Positions 1-9,511 of a DNA stretch of 64,000 nt are shown here, piece by piece. The translations under genes and the position numbers were made by a program. The stretch's first letter is position 1. Each line of letters begins with the position of its first letter. This DNA comes from Microgenomates group bacterium Gr01-1014_5 (lineage in GTDB: Bacteria; Patescibacteriota; Microgenomatia; UBA8517; UBA10165), in assembly GCA_007376395.1 (NCBI GenBank), contig VMGE01000003.1, positions 26,057 to 90,056 on the forward strand, written 5' to 3'. The notes under the pieces are model-generated. The model worked only from the letters and a program-made list of their open reading frames with translations. It did not search any database and was not told the DNA's origin.

Positions 1-588
1 CATAATATCTGAGGCACGGAAAGCGTCACGTCTATGAATTATAGTTATTTCTGAAGCATACTTGGTTAAAACCATAGCCTCTTCCATCGCACTATCACCT
101 CCACCGACAACAACGACACGCTTCTCTCTAAAAAACGGTGCGTCACAAGGAGCGCATGAAGAAATCCCTCGCCCAATTAATTTTTGCTCACTCTCTAGTC
201 CCAGCCAAATAGTGTCTGCTCCTGTAGCTATAATGACTGATTTACCCTCATATCCCATATTTCCCGCATTTACCTTAAACGGCCTTTGGGAAAAATCAAC
301 ACTTTCTACATCTTCAAGTTTAATTTCTGCGCCAAAACGGGCGGCTTGGGAACGAAACTTTTCCATTAATTCCAGTCCTTGTATTCCTTCTGGGAACCCT
401 GGATAGTTTTCAACTTCAGTTGTGAGCATTAATTGTCCACCCCACTTAGTGCCCCCTAGAATTAAAGTAGATAAAGCTCCGCGCGTTGTATAAATCCCGG
501 CAGTCAGTCCTGCAGGACCCGAGCCAATGATAATTGTGTCATAAGGAGCTCCGGTTTTTGGTTTTGGAGCAATGAAATTATCTGTCAT
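1..588 (-). CDS. trxB: Thioredoxin-disulfide reductase. The 5' end is complete with ATG at 588-586; the gene runs off the window start.
   Basis: Reverse translation gives MTDNFIAPKPKTGAPYDTIIIGSGPAGLTAGIY... with a CAPCDAPFF redox motif and a GGGDSA NADPH motif. It is not in the ORF track because it has no stop inside the window. Confidence 0.8.
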   Translation of the reverse strand, partial: MTDNFIAPKPKTGAPYDTIIIGSGPAGLTAGIYTTRGALSTLILGGTKWGGQLMLTTEVENYPGFPEGIQGLELMEKFRSQAARFGAEIKLEDVESVDFSQRPFKVNAGNMGYEGKSVIIATGADTIWLGLESEQKLIGRGISSCAPCDAPFFREKRVVVVGGGDSAMEEAMVLTKYASEITIIHRRDAFRASDIM

Positions 589-600
589 AAATAAACAGAG

Positions 601-672
601 AATTAGAGAATTAGAAATTAGAGATTAGATTGTTTTCTAATCAACTAATTAACTAATTCCCTAATTAACTAG
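601..672. repeat. AATTAG/CTAATT-rich intergenic element
   Basis: Seen directly in sequence. The same flavour of element recurs at 18731-18833 and 55168-55224. Confidence 0.5.
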
Positions 673-983
673 GCCTGACCTCCCTGTGCTGTTCCTTCGC
701 CTGCATCAGGAGCCGGCTCGCCTCGATTCGCATCGGGCGAAGCGGGTGTCGCCGGATCCGGAACCGGTGTTGGTTCTGGCGTTGGATTTACCACTTCTGT
801 AGGAGCGGGTTCACCTGCCGGAACCTCATTTAAAGGTGCTGCGGGCTCGCCTCGATTCGCATCGGGCGAAGCTGGTTCTGGTATGGTTGGCGCTGGTCCA
901 CCCATTGGAGCCGCGGGTTGCGGTCCGCCTGGTTGTGCCGGTTGTACTGGTTGTACTGGTTGATTTGGATCTGTTGGTTGCAT
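669..983 (-). CDS. Pro/Ala-rich low-complexity protein of about 104 aa with an internal repeat PASPDANRGEPA x2. It is hypothetical and could instead be a non-coding GC-rich repeat.
   Basis: ORF 669..986. A 28-nt near-perfect direct DNA repeat sits at about 709-741 and 840-872. There is no signal peptide and GC is atypically high. Confidence 0.3.
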   Translation of the reverse strand: MQPTDPNQPVQPVQPAQPGGPQPAAPMGGPAPTIPEPASPDANRGEPAAPLNEVPAGEPAPTEVVNPTPEPTPVPDPATPASPDANRGEPAPDAGEGTAQGGQA

Positions 984-989
984 CAAATA

Positions 990-1307
990 TCACCCCGCTT
1001 TCGAAATTAAATCTTCAAATGGTTTTTTACCGTTAAAGCCTACTTGCCTGCTAACTTCCTGTCCGCCTTTAAAAAGGATGGTTGTTGGGATAGAGAGTAC
1101 GCCATATTTTTGCGGAGTATTAGAGTTTTTGTCGACATCTAATTTTGCCATAACTACTTTATCTTGTGAATTTGACAGTTCTTCAAGAACCGGTTCCGCC
1201 AATTTACAAGGACCGCACCAGGTTGCAAAAAAATCTAAAAGCACTGGTTTGCCGCTTTGTAAAACCTTACTTTCAAAATCTTGGTCAGAAACTTCAATTA
1301 AAGCCAT
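990..1307 (-). CDS. trxA: Thioredoxin
   Basis: WCGPCK active-site motif; 105 aa. Confidence 0.9.
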   Translation of the reverse strand: MALIEVSDQDFESKVLQSGKPVLLDFFATWCGPCKLAEPVLEELSNSQDKVVMAKLDVDKNSNTPQKYGVLSIPTTILFKGGQEVSRQVGFNGKKPFEDLISKAG

Positions 1308-1353
1308 CGGCCTACAGACTACACAAAAGAAATATTCGGGTCAAGGGGAATTT

Positions 1354-3582
1354 TCACAATCTTGCGTTTTTCAGCCTCAAAGAGTTGGCCACAACCGAAA
1401 TAGAGCTTGCGGCCATAGCAAAAGAGGCAAGCGCTGGACTTAACAGCCAACCGGTAAGGGGATATAAAACTCCCATGGCAACAGGAATTAAAATAATATT
1501 GTAGCCAAACGCCCAAAAAAGATTTTGGCGGATTATACCCATTGTCTTTTTTGACAAATCAACTGCCCGGGCTACTGAGCGCAAATCACGATTTATCAGT
1601 GTTATGTTTCCTGCCTCAATTGCCACATCAGTTCCGGATCCCATGGCAATTCCGACGTCAGAAGCGGCAAGAGCCGGGGCGTCATTTATCCCATCCCCGA
1701 CCATCGCCACCTTTTTACCCTCTGCCTGGATTTTTCTCACTTCGGCTTCTTTATCTTGAGGTAACACTTCTGCTAATACTCTTTTTATCCCTACTTGCCC
1801 GGCGATTGCTTTGGCAGTTCGCGCGTTGTCACCGGTAATCATGACAGTTTCAATTCCCATCTTTTGCAGAGCCAAAACTCCGTCTTTGGCAGTATCTTTA
1901 ACGGTATCGGCAACTGCAACCAGTCCTATAAGTTTACCGTCAACAGCAAGCATCATTACTGTTTTCCCAGCACTCTCCAATCCTACAAGGTGAGACCTTG
2001 TAGGCTCAATATCTATCTTCTCTTTTTCCATCATCTTTCTGTTTCCCAAAAACACTTTCTGCTTACCCACCATTCCCTCCACCCCATGCCCGGGAATTGC
2101 TTTAAACCCTGTAACTTTGTATAAGGCGACCCCTTGTTCATCTGCTTTTTTCACAATCGCCTCAGCCAGAGAATGCTCTGAACCTTTTTCCAAAGATGCA
2201 GCCAGTTGTAGCAGTTTTTCTTTTGTTACTTTTGCCTTGTCACTTGTTACTATATCCGTGACGATTGGTTTTCCGTTTGTCAACGTCCCTGTTTTGTCAA
2301 AAATAACGACATTGATTTTATTCGCTATTTCCAAACTCTCAGCGTCTTTAATTAAAATTCCATGTTCCGCCCCGCGTCCTGTACCAACCATAATGGCAGT
2401 AGGCGTTGCCAATCCCATGGCGCAAGGACAAGCAATAATCAAAACCGCGATACTGTTTAGCATGGCAAATAAGAACGCGCTTTGCTGTCCAAAAACATAC
2501 CAGCTAACAAACGTGGCTATGGCCAGCATGATTACAACCGGCACAAAATAAGAAGAGATTAAGTCTGCCAAGCGCTGGATTGGAGCCTTTGAGCCCTGAG
2601 CTTCCTCAACCAGTTTTATAATTTGGGCGAGTAAGGTTTCTTGTCCAACTTTTTCTGCTTTATAAAGAAAAGAGCCGGACTTATTCATTGTCGCCCCAAT
2701 AACCTTATCTCCTCTGGTTTTATCAACAGGAATACTCTCTCCGGTAACCATCGACTCGTCAATCGACGATTCTCCTTCGGTAATTACCCCGTCTACGGGA
2801 ATCTTTTCACCCGGCCGGACACGGATTATATCCCCTATCTGTACTTGGTCAATAGAGATGTCAATTTCTTTACCCGCTCTCACAACCCGAGCAGTTTTTG
2901 CCTGCAAACCAATTAATTTTTTAATTGCCTCGCTCGTTCCCGCCTTTGCTTTTGCTTCAAAATATCGCCCCAAGAGAATTAATCCAATAATTACCGCCGT
3001 CACATCAAAGTAAGGCATTGGTTCAATTCCGGCTTGAGAGACCATTTGAGGAAAAAAAGTTACAACAGTAGAATAGATAAATGCCACAGATGTACCCAGA
3101 GCTACTAAGGTGTCCATATTGGCCGTTCTGTGGCGCAAAGCGGGAATTGTTGCCCGGTAAAACGTGAGTCCTGCCCAAAATTGAACAGGCAGGGCAAGGA
3201 GAAACTGGACAATAAAGTCTTGCAAAAAACTAGGCGAGGTCTGAATCAGTCCCGGGAAACTACCCCAGACAATCGGCGCCGCAAGCCCGAGACTTACCAG
3301 CACTTTTGTTCTTAGATCCTTTAGTTCACGAGTTTTTTGTTCTTTCTCTTCATCCAACGTCTGTTCTTGATGTCCCACCATTGCTTTGTAGCCAACATTA
3401 GCAACGGCAGAAGCCAGCTTTTCGTCAGTTACTTGTCCGCCGCAAACCACAGTAGCTTTACCGGTTGCAAGATTGACGCTTGCGCGCTCCACGCCGGGAA
3501 CTTTTCCGAGAGATTTCTCCAAAATACGCACACAAGAGGCACAATGCATTCCTTGAATAGAAAAGGTTTTAGTTTGTGCCAT
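1354..3582 (-). CDS. copA: Copper-translocating P1B-type ATPase. The likely start is MAQTKTF at 3582; the ORF track extends to 3627.
   Basis: N-terminal HMA domain GMHCASC. CPC transmembrane motif [18 protein letters not shown] phosphorylation site. GDGINDAP hinge. Confidence 0.92.
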   Translation of the reverse strand: MAQTKTFSIQGMHCASCVRILEKSLGKVPGVERASVNLATGKATVVCGGQVTDEKLASAVANVGYKAMVGHQEQTLDEEKEQKTRELKDLRTKVLVSLGLAAPIVWGSFPGLIQTSPSFLQDFIVQFLLALPVQFWAGLTFYRATIPALRHRTANMDTLVALGTSVAFIYSTVVTFFPQMVSQAGIEPMPYFDVTAVIIGLILLGRYFEAKAKAGTSEAIKKLIGLQAKTARVVRAGKEIDISIDQVQIGDIIRVRPGEKIPVDGVITEGESSIDESMVTGESIPVDKTRGDKVIGATMNKSGSFLYKAEKVGQETLLAQIIKLVEEAQGSKAPIQRLADLISSYFVPVVIMLAIATFVSWYVFGQQSAFLFAMLNSIAVLIIACPCAMGLATPTAIMVGTGRGAEHGILIKDAESLEIANKINVVIFDKTGTLTNGKPIVTDIVTSDKAKVTKEKLLQLAASLEKGSEHSLAEAIVKKADEQGVALYKVTGFKAIPGHGVEGMVGKQKVFLGNRKMMEKEKIDIEPTRSHLVGLESAGKTVMMLAVDGKLIGLVAVADTVKDTAKDGVLALQKMGIETVMITGDNARTAKAIAGQVGIKRVLAEVLPQDKEAEVRKIQAEGKKVAMVGDGINDAPALAASDVGIAMGSGTDVAIEAGNITLINRDLRSVARAVDLSKKTMGIIRQNLFWAFGYNIILIPVAMGVLYPLTGWLLSPALASFAMAASSISVVANSLRLKNARL

Positions 3583-3584
3583 AT

Positions 3585-3950
3585 TTACCTCACGATTATT
3601 TTTCCATGGTACATGTTCATACCGCATGAATAACCAAACTCACCAGATTTTTGGGGTGTAATTTCAATCGTAACTTTTTGGTTTAAAGGAAGATACTTTT
3701 TGATCTTGAAATCAGGCAGAACAACCTCTTCTAAGCACGAATTGGAATCTTTACGGATAAAGTTTATCTTTGTAGTTTTTCCTCTGGGTATAGAAATAAC
3801 TTCAGGGGAATAGCCGCCTTCTACAACAACATCTATCCCCTGCCCTCCCGTAGCTTCAGCGAAGGAGGGTTTTTTGCCCAAAAAAAACCAATAGGTAAAA
3901 ATAATACCGACAAAACCCAAACCTATAACCAATAGATCTTTTAATTCCAT
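3585..3950 (-). CDS. Membrane-anchored small protein with a cupredoxin-like C-terminal metal-binding motif ([10 protein letters not shown])
   Basis: N-terminal TM helix. C-terminal C-G-M-N-M-Y-H-G resembles the C-terminus of the ORF at 7323..8321 (YTCSMGMFTG). It is adjacent to copA. Confidence 0.5.
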   Translation of the reverse strand: MELKDLLVIGLGFVGIIFTYWFFLGKKPSFAEATGGQGIDVVVEGGYSPEVISIPRGKTTKINFIRKDSNSCLEEVVLPDFKIKKYLPLNQKVTIEITPQKSGEFGYSCGMNMYHGKIIVR

Positions 3951-3959
3951 GATTTTAAA

Positions 3960-4283
3960 TTACTTTGAGAATTTGTTGTAGAAATAAGCAATCGCATACC
4001 CGACCGTCCAGGAAAAAGCAGTTGAGGTTGCAAGGCCCCAAACAACAGTCCCCATCCCTATTTCTTTCCCGCTTCTCAAAGACTCAAGGTTCAAAGCATG
4101 AACCCAAGAGTTTGAAAGGCTTAGTAATAAATCAGGCGCAACCCAAGTTAGCACTAAGCAGACAATGTAAATAACTCCGGTAACTACTGCGGCGGCGTTC
4201 GCAAAAGCGGTTGTTTTTAACATCTTTCTCACCTCCTTTAGTGTTTGTGACCCTTCATCATAAAAATCATCATTATCGGACAA
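3960..4283 (-). CDS. Hypothetical membrane protein
   Basis: ORF track; hydrophobic segments; lies within the copper cluster. Confidence 0.4.
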   Translation of the reverse strand: MSDNDDFYDEGSQTLKEVRKMLKTTAFANAAAVVTGVIYIVCLVLTWVAPDLLLSLSNSWVHALNLESLRSGKEIGMGTVVWGLATSTAFSWTVGYAIAYFYNKFSK

Positions 4284-4386
4284 ATCAACAAAACCGCAAA
4301 AGGCAACACTGCATTAACATTGGTATTTTGCAACAAGAGCAACAGCAATAATACTCCTACAGCTGCGACCCATATTTGCCACATTG
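4238..4386 (-). CDS. Small membrane protein with a Met/His-rich C-terminus (MMIFMMKGHKH). Likely start is MWQIW at about 4386.
   Basis: One TM helix and a Met/His tail typical of Cu-binding peptides. The track ORF extends to 4453 in a region overlapping the neighbouring ORF. Confidence 0.35.
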
Positions 4387-4564
4387 TCAAATATTTTTTC
4401 ACAAAAAACACCTCCTTATTTTTTATTAATCTGTTTCCAGAGCCAAATTCCAAGCAGTGTTAAATCTACCAGTAAGACCAAAACAAAGAGCGTTCCTACG
4501 CCAAAACCTTGATACCCCATCATGTTTCCATAGTTCCATCCCATCATTTGCACTTCACCTCCTG

Positions 4565-5398
4565 TTAAACTTTTTTAAAAATATGCCCTAATAGATATAT
4601 TAACCCAACAACGAGGATTATGTTTATCAGGATATTGTTCCCTACAAACGAATCAATCAACTCTGCCGAACCGGTAATCATCTTTGTAAAACCTTCCATG
4701 TTGTCGATAGACAATTTTCCCGCCCTTTCAAGGCTAAGTATTAATACTCCTGTTACAAAGAAAATACTTGAGGCAATAAGATTGCCCAGAGTCACCACAA
4801 ACCTTCTGCCCCAAAAATTCAAGATTCCGATAGAGCGCCTTAAAACTGCCAATTTTTGGGCTTTTCCGTCCAAAAACAAAGAAATAAACAAAAGCGGCAC
4901 CACCATCCCCAAAACATACATGCCGCCAATTGCCAAAGCGCCCAAAAAGCTCGGAGATAAAAACGTTAGAGTTAATATTCCAATTAAAACCGGCGCACAG
5001 CAGGCGCTCGTTATTCCGGAAAAAACTCCAAGTGTAAAGATAGATAAAATGTCTGTTTTTTGCTGCCCGGATCTTGTTAGGTTCGGCATGGGCAATTTAA
5101 TTCCCAGGAAAGTAACGACGGCAACAACAAGCATGACTATTCCGCCGCTTAGGTAAATTTCGTTGTGATAACGGAACAGGGCTTGCGAAATAAAAGCAAC
5201 TCCCAAAACTGCCGGTAAGAGAACCACGAAAATTCCGGCGGCAAAAACTAAGGTTGCGAAAACTACTTTTTCTTTTTCTTTAAAAACAGACCCGAGGTAA
5301 GCCGGGAGCAGGAAAGTTATACAGCAGGGAGCAAATAGCGCAACCATACCCGCAACAAAGGCTGCGACTAAGGATGTTTGGAAAAGCATTTCCCCCAT
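4565..5398 (-). CDS. DsbD_2/CcdA-like thiol-disulfide membrane transporter
   Basis: Polytopic membrane protein with two Cys pairs in TM helices (FAPCCITFLLP and SACCAPVL). Confidence 0.5.
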   Translation of the reverse strand: MGEMLFQTSLVAAFVAGMVALFAPCCITFLLPAYLGSVFKEKEKVVFATLVFAAGIFVVLLPAVLGVAFISQALFRYHNEIYLSGGIVMLVVAVVTFLGIKLPMPNLTRSGQQKTDILSIFTLGVFSGITSACCAPVLIGILTLTFLSPSFLGALAIGGMYVLGMVVPLLFISLFLDGKAQKLAVLRRSIGILNFWGRRFVVTLGNLIASSIFFVTGVLILSLERAGKLSIDNMEGFTKMITGSAELIDSFVGNNILINIILVVGLIYLLGHIFKKV

Positions 5399-5401
5399 AT
5401 T

Positions 5402-6337
5402 TTAAGCTCCGCAGGATCCGCCTTTATTTTGGAAAGAGGGAATGTCCTGAACAGATTGTTTTATGCGCTGGGCACCAGTTGCAGAAGAATATTCCTGCGA
5501 CAAAGCAAGCTTTGCGTCCACTTTTTTCCAATCAATACCCTCTTTGTTAAAATATGCCGCCATTTCGACGTAAGTCTGCGGAAACCAAAAAGAGTTGAAA
5601 GCCAATAGGTCTTTATATATCTGGTCTTCGGGCAAACCTTTAGAAACCGCAAGCTGGATATATCCCAAAGCAGCCATGCCATGGTTGCAATCGGGAAAGG
5701 CTGTATTGTTGCCGCAGCAAGGCCGGTATACATTTCCGGCTATCTTTGTCACCAAGTCCTGCTGATCTTGAGTTAGAGGAATAATTACTTTTGAGGAGTA
5801 ATAACTCATTGCATCCTTTTTCCCCAGTGTCCAGCCGCCTGTTGAGGCAAAGTTTGCCGTTTGTTTCGGATCTTTCTGCATTTGACCTTTTGTCAAAACG
5901 TCGCTTTTATTAACAAGCCCCAACGCCCACAAAGTATTCACCATAAAATGCGCGTTCTTTTCGTTGATAACCATATAGTCCCCAGACTCTTCTTCTAAGT
6001 ATTTCATATAGTCTCCACCATTAGTGTTATCGGTAAATATCTTTTTGTATTTCTCTTCAGAGATAACCCCGGACTCAATCAGCTGTTTACCGATATTTCC
6101 CCAAGAAACCACTGTTCTAAAGCCGTCAGGCGGCAAAACTTCCTGTTTGAGAATGTTGACCAGCTCCTCGGGGTCTTTTGTCGACTTGGAAAGTTCAAGA
6201 AAATTTAGTTGGAGCTGTTTTTGGGAGAGATAATACTGAATTATGCCTGTATACAAAACCGAATTTAAAACAATTAAAATAACTGCCCAAAGGGGAATAG
6301 ATTTTGCGAGGATTTTTTTGATCTTTTTAAAGCTCAT
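5402..6337 (-). CDS. Membrane-anchored Cys-rich hypothetical protein
   Basis: N-terminal TM helix. Cys-rich segment PCCGNNTAFPDCNHGM and a C-terminal GGSCGA. Sits in the CsoR/CopA cluster. Confidence 0.5.
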   Translation of the reverse strand: MSFKKIKKILAKSIPLWAVILIVLNSVLYTGIIQYYLSQKQLQLNFLELSKSTKDPEELVNILKQEVLPPDGFRTVVSWGNIGKQLIESGVISEEKYKKIFTDNTNGGDYMKYLEEESGDYMVINEKNAHFMVNTLWALGLVNKSDVLTKGQMQKDPKQTANFASTGGWTLGKKDAMSYYSSKVIIPLTQDQQDLVTKIAGNVYRPCCGNNTAFPDCNHGMAALGYIQLAVSKGLPEDQIYKDLLAFNSFWFPQTYVEMAAYFNKEGIDWKKVDAKLALSQEYSSATGAQRIKQSVQDIPSFQNKGGSCGA

Positions 6338-6828
6338 TTAACTACAACTCCTTTTAAGGAAAATTCAAGTTTTGGTTTAATCTTATCATTAGTTTCTACA
6401 GAAACTAAACGCGTAATAGGGCCGACGCCGGTCGGACCATGAAAGGTCGGGTCGTAAATTACTGTCAATTGCGCCTCTTTTCCGGGAGACACCTCGCCGC
6501 TCCAGGAAGAGGTTGGGTGCATACTAAAATACGGGCTTTGTCCTTGTTCAGTTGTAATTTGCGCTTTGGTACAAGTGCACGAAGTTTTAATGTTTAGCAG
6601 TTTCAATGTTTCTGTGCCTTCATTTTTAATAACAAAGGTTTTTAGGGCGTTGCCGCCAGCATACGGTATTGTTCCCCAGTCAAAGGAAATTTCCGGCGTT
6701 ACAGCCTTTACATTGCTCGAGGATTCCAAAACAGCAGGTTTTCCGGTTAAGGCAGTTGCGAACCAAACAGCACCTGCAACTAAAGTTATTAAAGATAGTA
6801 CAAGCCAAAACACCAGTTTAAGGTTCAT
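6334..6828 (-). CDS. DUF1573-like beta-sandwich protein with an N-terminal TM anchor
   Basis: TSCTCT motif and size (164 aa) consistent with DUF1573. Has a 4-nt overlap with the downstream gene. Confidence 0.5.
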   Translation of the reverse strand: MNLKLVFWLVLSLITLVAGAVWFATALTGKPAVLESSSNVKAVTPEISFDWGTIPYAGGNALKTFVIKNEGTETLKLLNIKTSCTCTKAQITTEQGQSPYFSMHPTSSWSGEVSPGKEAQLTVIYDPTFHGPTGVGPITRLVSVETNDKIKPKLEFSLKGVVVK

Positions 6829-7154
6829 TGTTTGTTTTTAAAAATCTTTAAGATTTCTTTCAAAGATTCTTCTGTTTCCCCATTTTTTATTTGATCCGCG
6901 ACGCAGGTTTTTAAGTGGTTATCAAGAAGAACGCTGTCTGCTTCTTTTATAGCCTTTTGTACGGCACGCGATTGATGAATTACGTCTGGGCAATAATCTC
7001 CGTTATCCACCATTTGAATAACCTTGGCTAAATGTCCGCTGGCAATTTTTAAGCGGTGAAGAACCGCTTGTTTTATCGATGAATCTCTGGGAATTCCTTT
7101 TGGCATCTCGTCGTTTCCTCCACACGATGTAAACTTCTTCATTATATCCCCCAT
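6825..7154 (-). CDS. csoR: CsoR/RcnR-family copper-sensing transcriptional repressor. An alternative start is MKKF at 7142.
   Basis: YCPDVIHQ...KTC places the C-H-C ligand triad in the CsoR arrangement; about 105 aa; first gene of the copper operon. Confidence 0.85.
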   Translation of the reverse strand: MGDIMKKFTSCGGNDEMPKGIPRDSSIKQAVLHRLKIASGHLAKVIQMVDNGDYCPDVIHQSRAVQKAIKEADSVLLDNHLKTCVADQIKNGETEESLKEILKIFKNKQ

Positions 7155-7201
7155 ATGGGGATTAAGTCAAGACTACTGGTTTGTCTTTGGCAATACCGAT
7201 A

Positions 7202-7294
7202 TGACATCCTCCCCGCTCTGACGAGCGGGGTTTCCACCTCTAAAGGAGGATGACATATCAGCGTTCAATTCATCTCCCGGCTGTGAGCCGGGAG
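7202..7294. promoter_or_regulatory. Divergent promoter/operator region with a GC-rich hairpin ccccgctc-tgac-gagcgggg (about 7211-7230), flanking imperfect inverted repeat ATGACATCCTCC/GGAGGATGACAT, and a second hairpin ctcccggct-gtg-agccgggag (about 7274-7294) followed by TTTTCTT.
   Basis: Seen directly in sequence between csoR (minus) and the ORF at 7323 (plus). CsoR operators are typically C/G-tract pseudo-palindromes. Confidence 0.4.
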
Positions 7295-7322
7295 TTTTCT
7301 TGAATGCTGTTATAATAACGTT

Positions 7323-8321
7323 ATGCAAATTATCTGGCTTGCTTTTATCACCGGTTTAACCACAGGCGGGCTAACTTGTCTGGCGGTACAAGGCGGCCTT
7401 TTAGCCTCGGCTGTTGACCAGAAAAATAGAATTTCGACTAAGTATTTGGTGGGCACTTTTTTACTTACTAAACTTTTTGCCTATACCCTGCTCGGTTTTG
7501 GGCTGGGATCTCTCGGGTCTGTCTTAACTCTTTCCCCGACTACTCAAGGATGGATGCAAATCGCAGCCGGACTTTATATGCTGGCGACTGCGGCTAGACT
7601 CTTGGATTTACACCCAATTTTCCGTTATACCGCGCTCCAACCCCCTAAATGGGCGTTCTACGCCGCGCGTAAAATAACCAAAAATGAATCTCTTTTTACG
7701 CCAGGCATTTTGGGATTTATGACAGTATTTATCCCCTGCGGAGTCACACAAGCAATGATGGTTTTGGCAATCACCTCGGGCGACCCTCTAACAGGAGCCG
7801 GAATTATGTTTGCCTTTACCCTTGGTACCAGCCCGATTTTCTATGCCTTGGGAGCAGGCGCGGTCCAACTTATCCAGCGCAAGTCCTTTGCATATGCCGC
7901 CGCCTTACTGGTTGCCATACTGGGGGTAGGTTCGGTAAACAGCGGACAGGCTTTGCGCGGATCGGTGCACACCCTGCAAAACTACTGGCTGGCGGCTACA
8001 ACTGATACGCTGACGACTTATGCCCAAGGGACACGTGCAAAAATCAATTCAGAAGGTAAACAAGAGGTTACTATTAACGTTTCTGACCGCGGCTATTCTA
8101 CCCAAGTAGACACTTTAAAAGCAGGCATACCGGTTAAACTCACACTCGTTACAAACAACGTTCAGGGCTGTACACGGGCGTTCACCATCCCTTCTTTAAA
8201 CATGTCACGCGTCTTGCCGCAAACAGGAAAGGAAATGCTCGAATTTACGCCAACTCAAGCCGGCCGCCTGTCATACACTTGCAGTATGGGCATGTTTACA
8301 GGAAGCTTTCAAGTAATATGA
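7323..8321 (+). CDS. Polytopic membrane protein fused to a C-terminal cupredoxin-like soluble domain. Putative copper-related permease.
   Basis: Multiple TM helices at the N-terminus. The C-terminal roughly 90 aa end in YTCSMGMFTGSFQVI, paralogous to the end of the ORF at 3585..3950. Confidence 0.55.
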   Translation: MQIIWLAFITGLTTGGLTCLAVQGGLLASAVDQKNRISTKYLVGTFLLTKLFAYTLLGFGLGSLGSVLTLSPTTQGWMQIAAGLYMLATAARLLDLHPIFRYTALQPPKWAFYAARKITKNESLFTPGILGFMTVFIPCGVTQAMMVLAITSGDPLTGAGIMFAFTLGTSPIFYALGAGAVQLIQRKSFAYAAALLVAILGVGSVNSGQALRGSVHTLQNYWLAATTDTLTTYAQGTRAKINSEGKQEVTINVSDRGYSTQVDTLKAGIPVKLTLVTNNVQGCTRAFTIPSLNMSRVLPQTGKEMLEFTPTQAGRLSYTCSMGMFTGSFQVI

Positions 8322-8539
8322 AAAGGCTAGATTCTACAACCTACAAACTACCGACTAAAACCTTCTCCATAAAAGGTATGCATTGTTCATCTTGCGCCTC
8401 ATTGATAGAACTAGAGCTCGAAGATGTTGGAATTAAAGCCTCTTGCAGTTACCCCAAACAAGCTCTGGAAGTCGACGAGAATATTGATAAAGAGGAATTA
8501 AAAAAAGTTATCCAGCCTTTGGGATACGATGTCGAGTAA
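8318..8539 (+). CDS. copZ: Heavy-metal-associated (CopZ-like) copper chaperone. Start at MKRL overlaps the upstream stop as ATGA.
   Basis: GMHCSSC (GMxCxxC) motif; 73 aa from the ATG at 8318. The track ORF begins at 8279. Confidence 0.8.
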   Translation: MKRLDSTTYKLPTKTFSIKGMHCSSCASLIELELEDVGIKASCSYPKQALEVDENIDKEELKKVIQPLGYDVE

Positions 8540-9506
8540 TATCGTATACTCGGGTATTAGGAAGTTTGAGACCCAAGAGGTACCCGACATCCCGAAGACT
8601 AACATGGTCTGCAAGAAGATGAACCGCAAACGAGCGGCGTAGTGTATGGGTTGTAATATCTTCAGGCAATCCCACGGCTCTCACATAACCTTTAAAAATC
8701 AACCAAATACCTTGCCGGGTTAACCTTTCCTCACGGTGGCTGACAAAAAGAGCGTCTGTTTCGGCGTGCCACAAACCCGAGCGCGAGCCTTCTAGGTAAT
8801 TTTGGATTGCCTCGTGAGTTTTCAAATCAAACGGAATTTGTCTTTCACGCCCCAATCTTAAACACCGCACATAATCTACTCCTAGGTTTATGTCATCTTT
8901 ATTAAGACTTGCCATTTCCGAAACGCGCATACCGGTAGCATAGAATAACCTCAACATTGCCGAATCGCGCATTGCTTCAGGGCTTTTATTGGCTTCTGGC
9001 GCGGCCAGAAGAGCCGCAATTTCATTTTTACTCAAAACTCGAGGGAGAGCTCTGGAGGTTTTAGGTGTTTCTATATCCAGTAAGGGATTGGTTCTCATTA
9101 TCCCGTCTTCGATTTCCCAACGGAAAAAGGCTCTAGCCGAGGCAATTTTCCGTGCGATGGTTGCTGGAGCATATCTATGCTCCTCCAACGATAAGAGAAA
9201 TCCGCTCATATCTTCTTTAGTAACACTACTCCAGGTATGTGGACCCTTTCTCAGATCCAAATACCTGCCGAGTTGAGACAAATCACTGCGGTAGGCATCG
9301 ACCGTATTTCTTGGTGTCTTTATATCCTTTAGGCAATTAAGATAAGCCCTGACGCTCAGATCTGGAATTGGATACTCTGGATCTTTATAGAAAGGAAAAG
9401 AGCCGTTTGGCGCGGTGTCTCGTGGTGTTTGAAATAATTTTCGCCCGTGCTCTAACCCCATTTTAGTGTTTGAGCAGATATTAATACTAATCTGCAAGAC
9501 TTGCAA
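8508..9506 (-). CDS. Tyrosine site-specific recombinase (XerC/XerD-like)
   Basis: GMRVSEM (R box), HTLRRSFAVHLL (H-x-x-R) and a C-terminal LGLKLPNTRVYDITRH with the catalytic Tyr. Confidence 0.8.
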   Translation of the reverse strand: MQVLQISINICSNTKMGLEHGRKLFQTPRDTAPNGSFPFYKDPEYPIPDLSVRAYLNCLKDIKTPRNTVDAYRSDLSQLGRYLDLRKGPHTWSSVTKEDMSGFLLSLEEHRYAPATIARKIASARAFFRWEIEDGIMRTNPLLDIETPKTSRALPRVLSKNEIAALLAAPEANKSPEAMRDSAMLRLFYATGMRVSEMASLNKDDINLGVDYVRCLRLGRERQIPFDLKTHEAIQNYLEGSRSGLWHAETDALFVSHREERLTRQGIWLIFKGYVRAVGLPEDITTHTLRRSFAVHLLADHVSLRDVGYLLGLKLPNTRVYDITRHRIPKAG

Positions 9507-9511
9507 GCCCC

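Noticed and set aside
62-406. 114-aa plus-strand ORF
   Set aside because: Antisense to the clearly conserved trxB coding sequence on the minus strand; no motifs.
1542-2916. Several 90-144-aa plus-strand ORFs inside copA
   Set aside because: Antisense to conserved P-type ATPase motifs ([13 protein letters not shown]).
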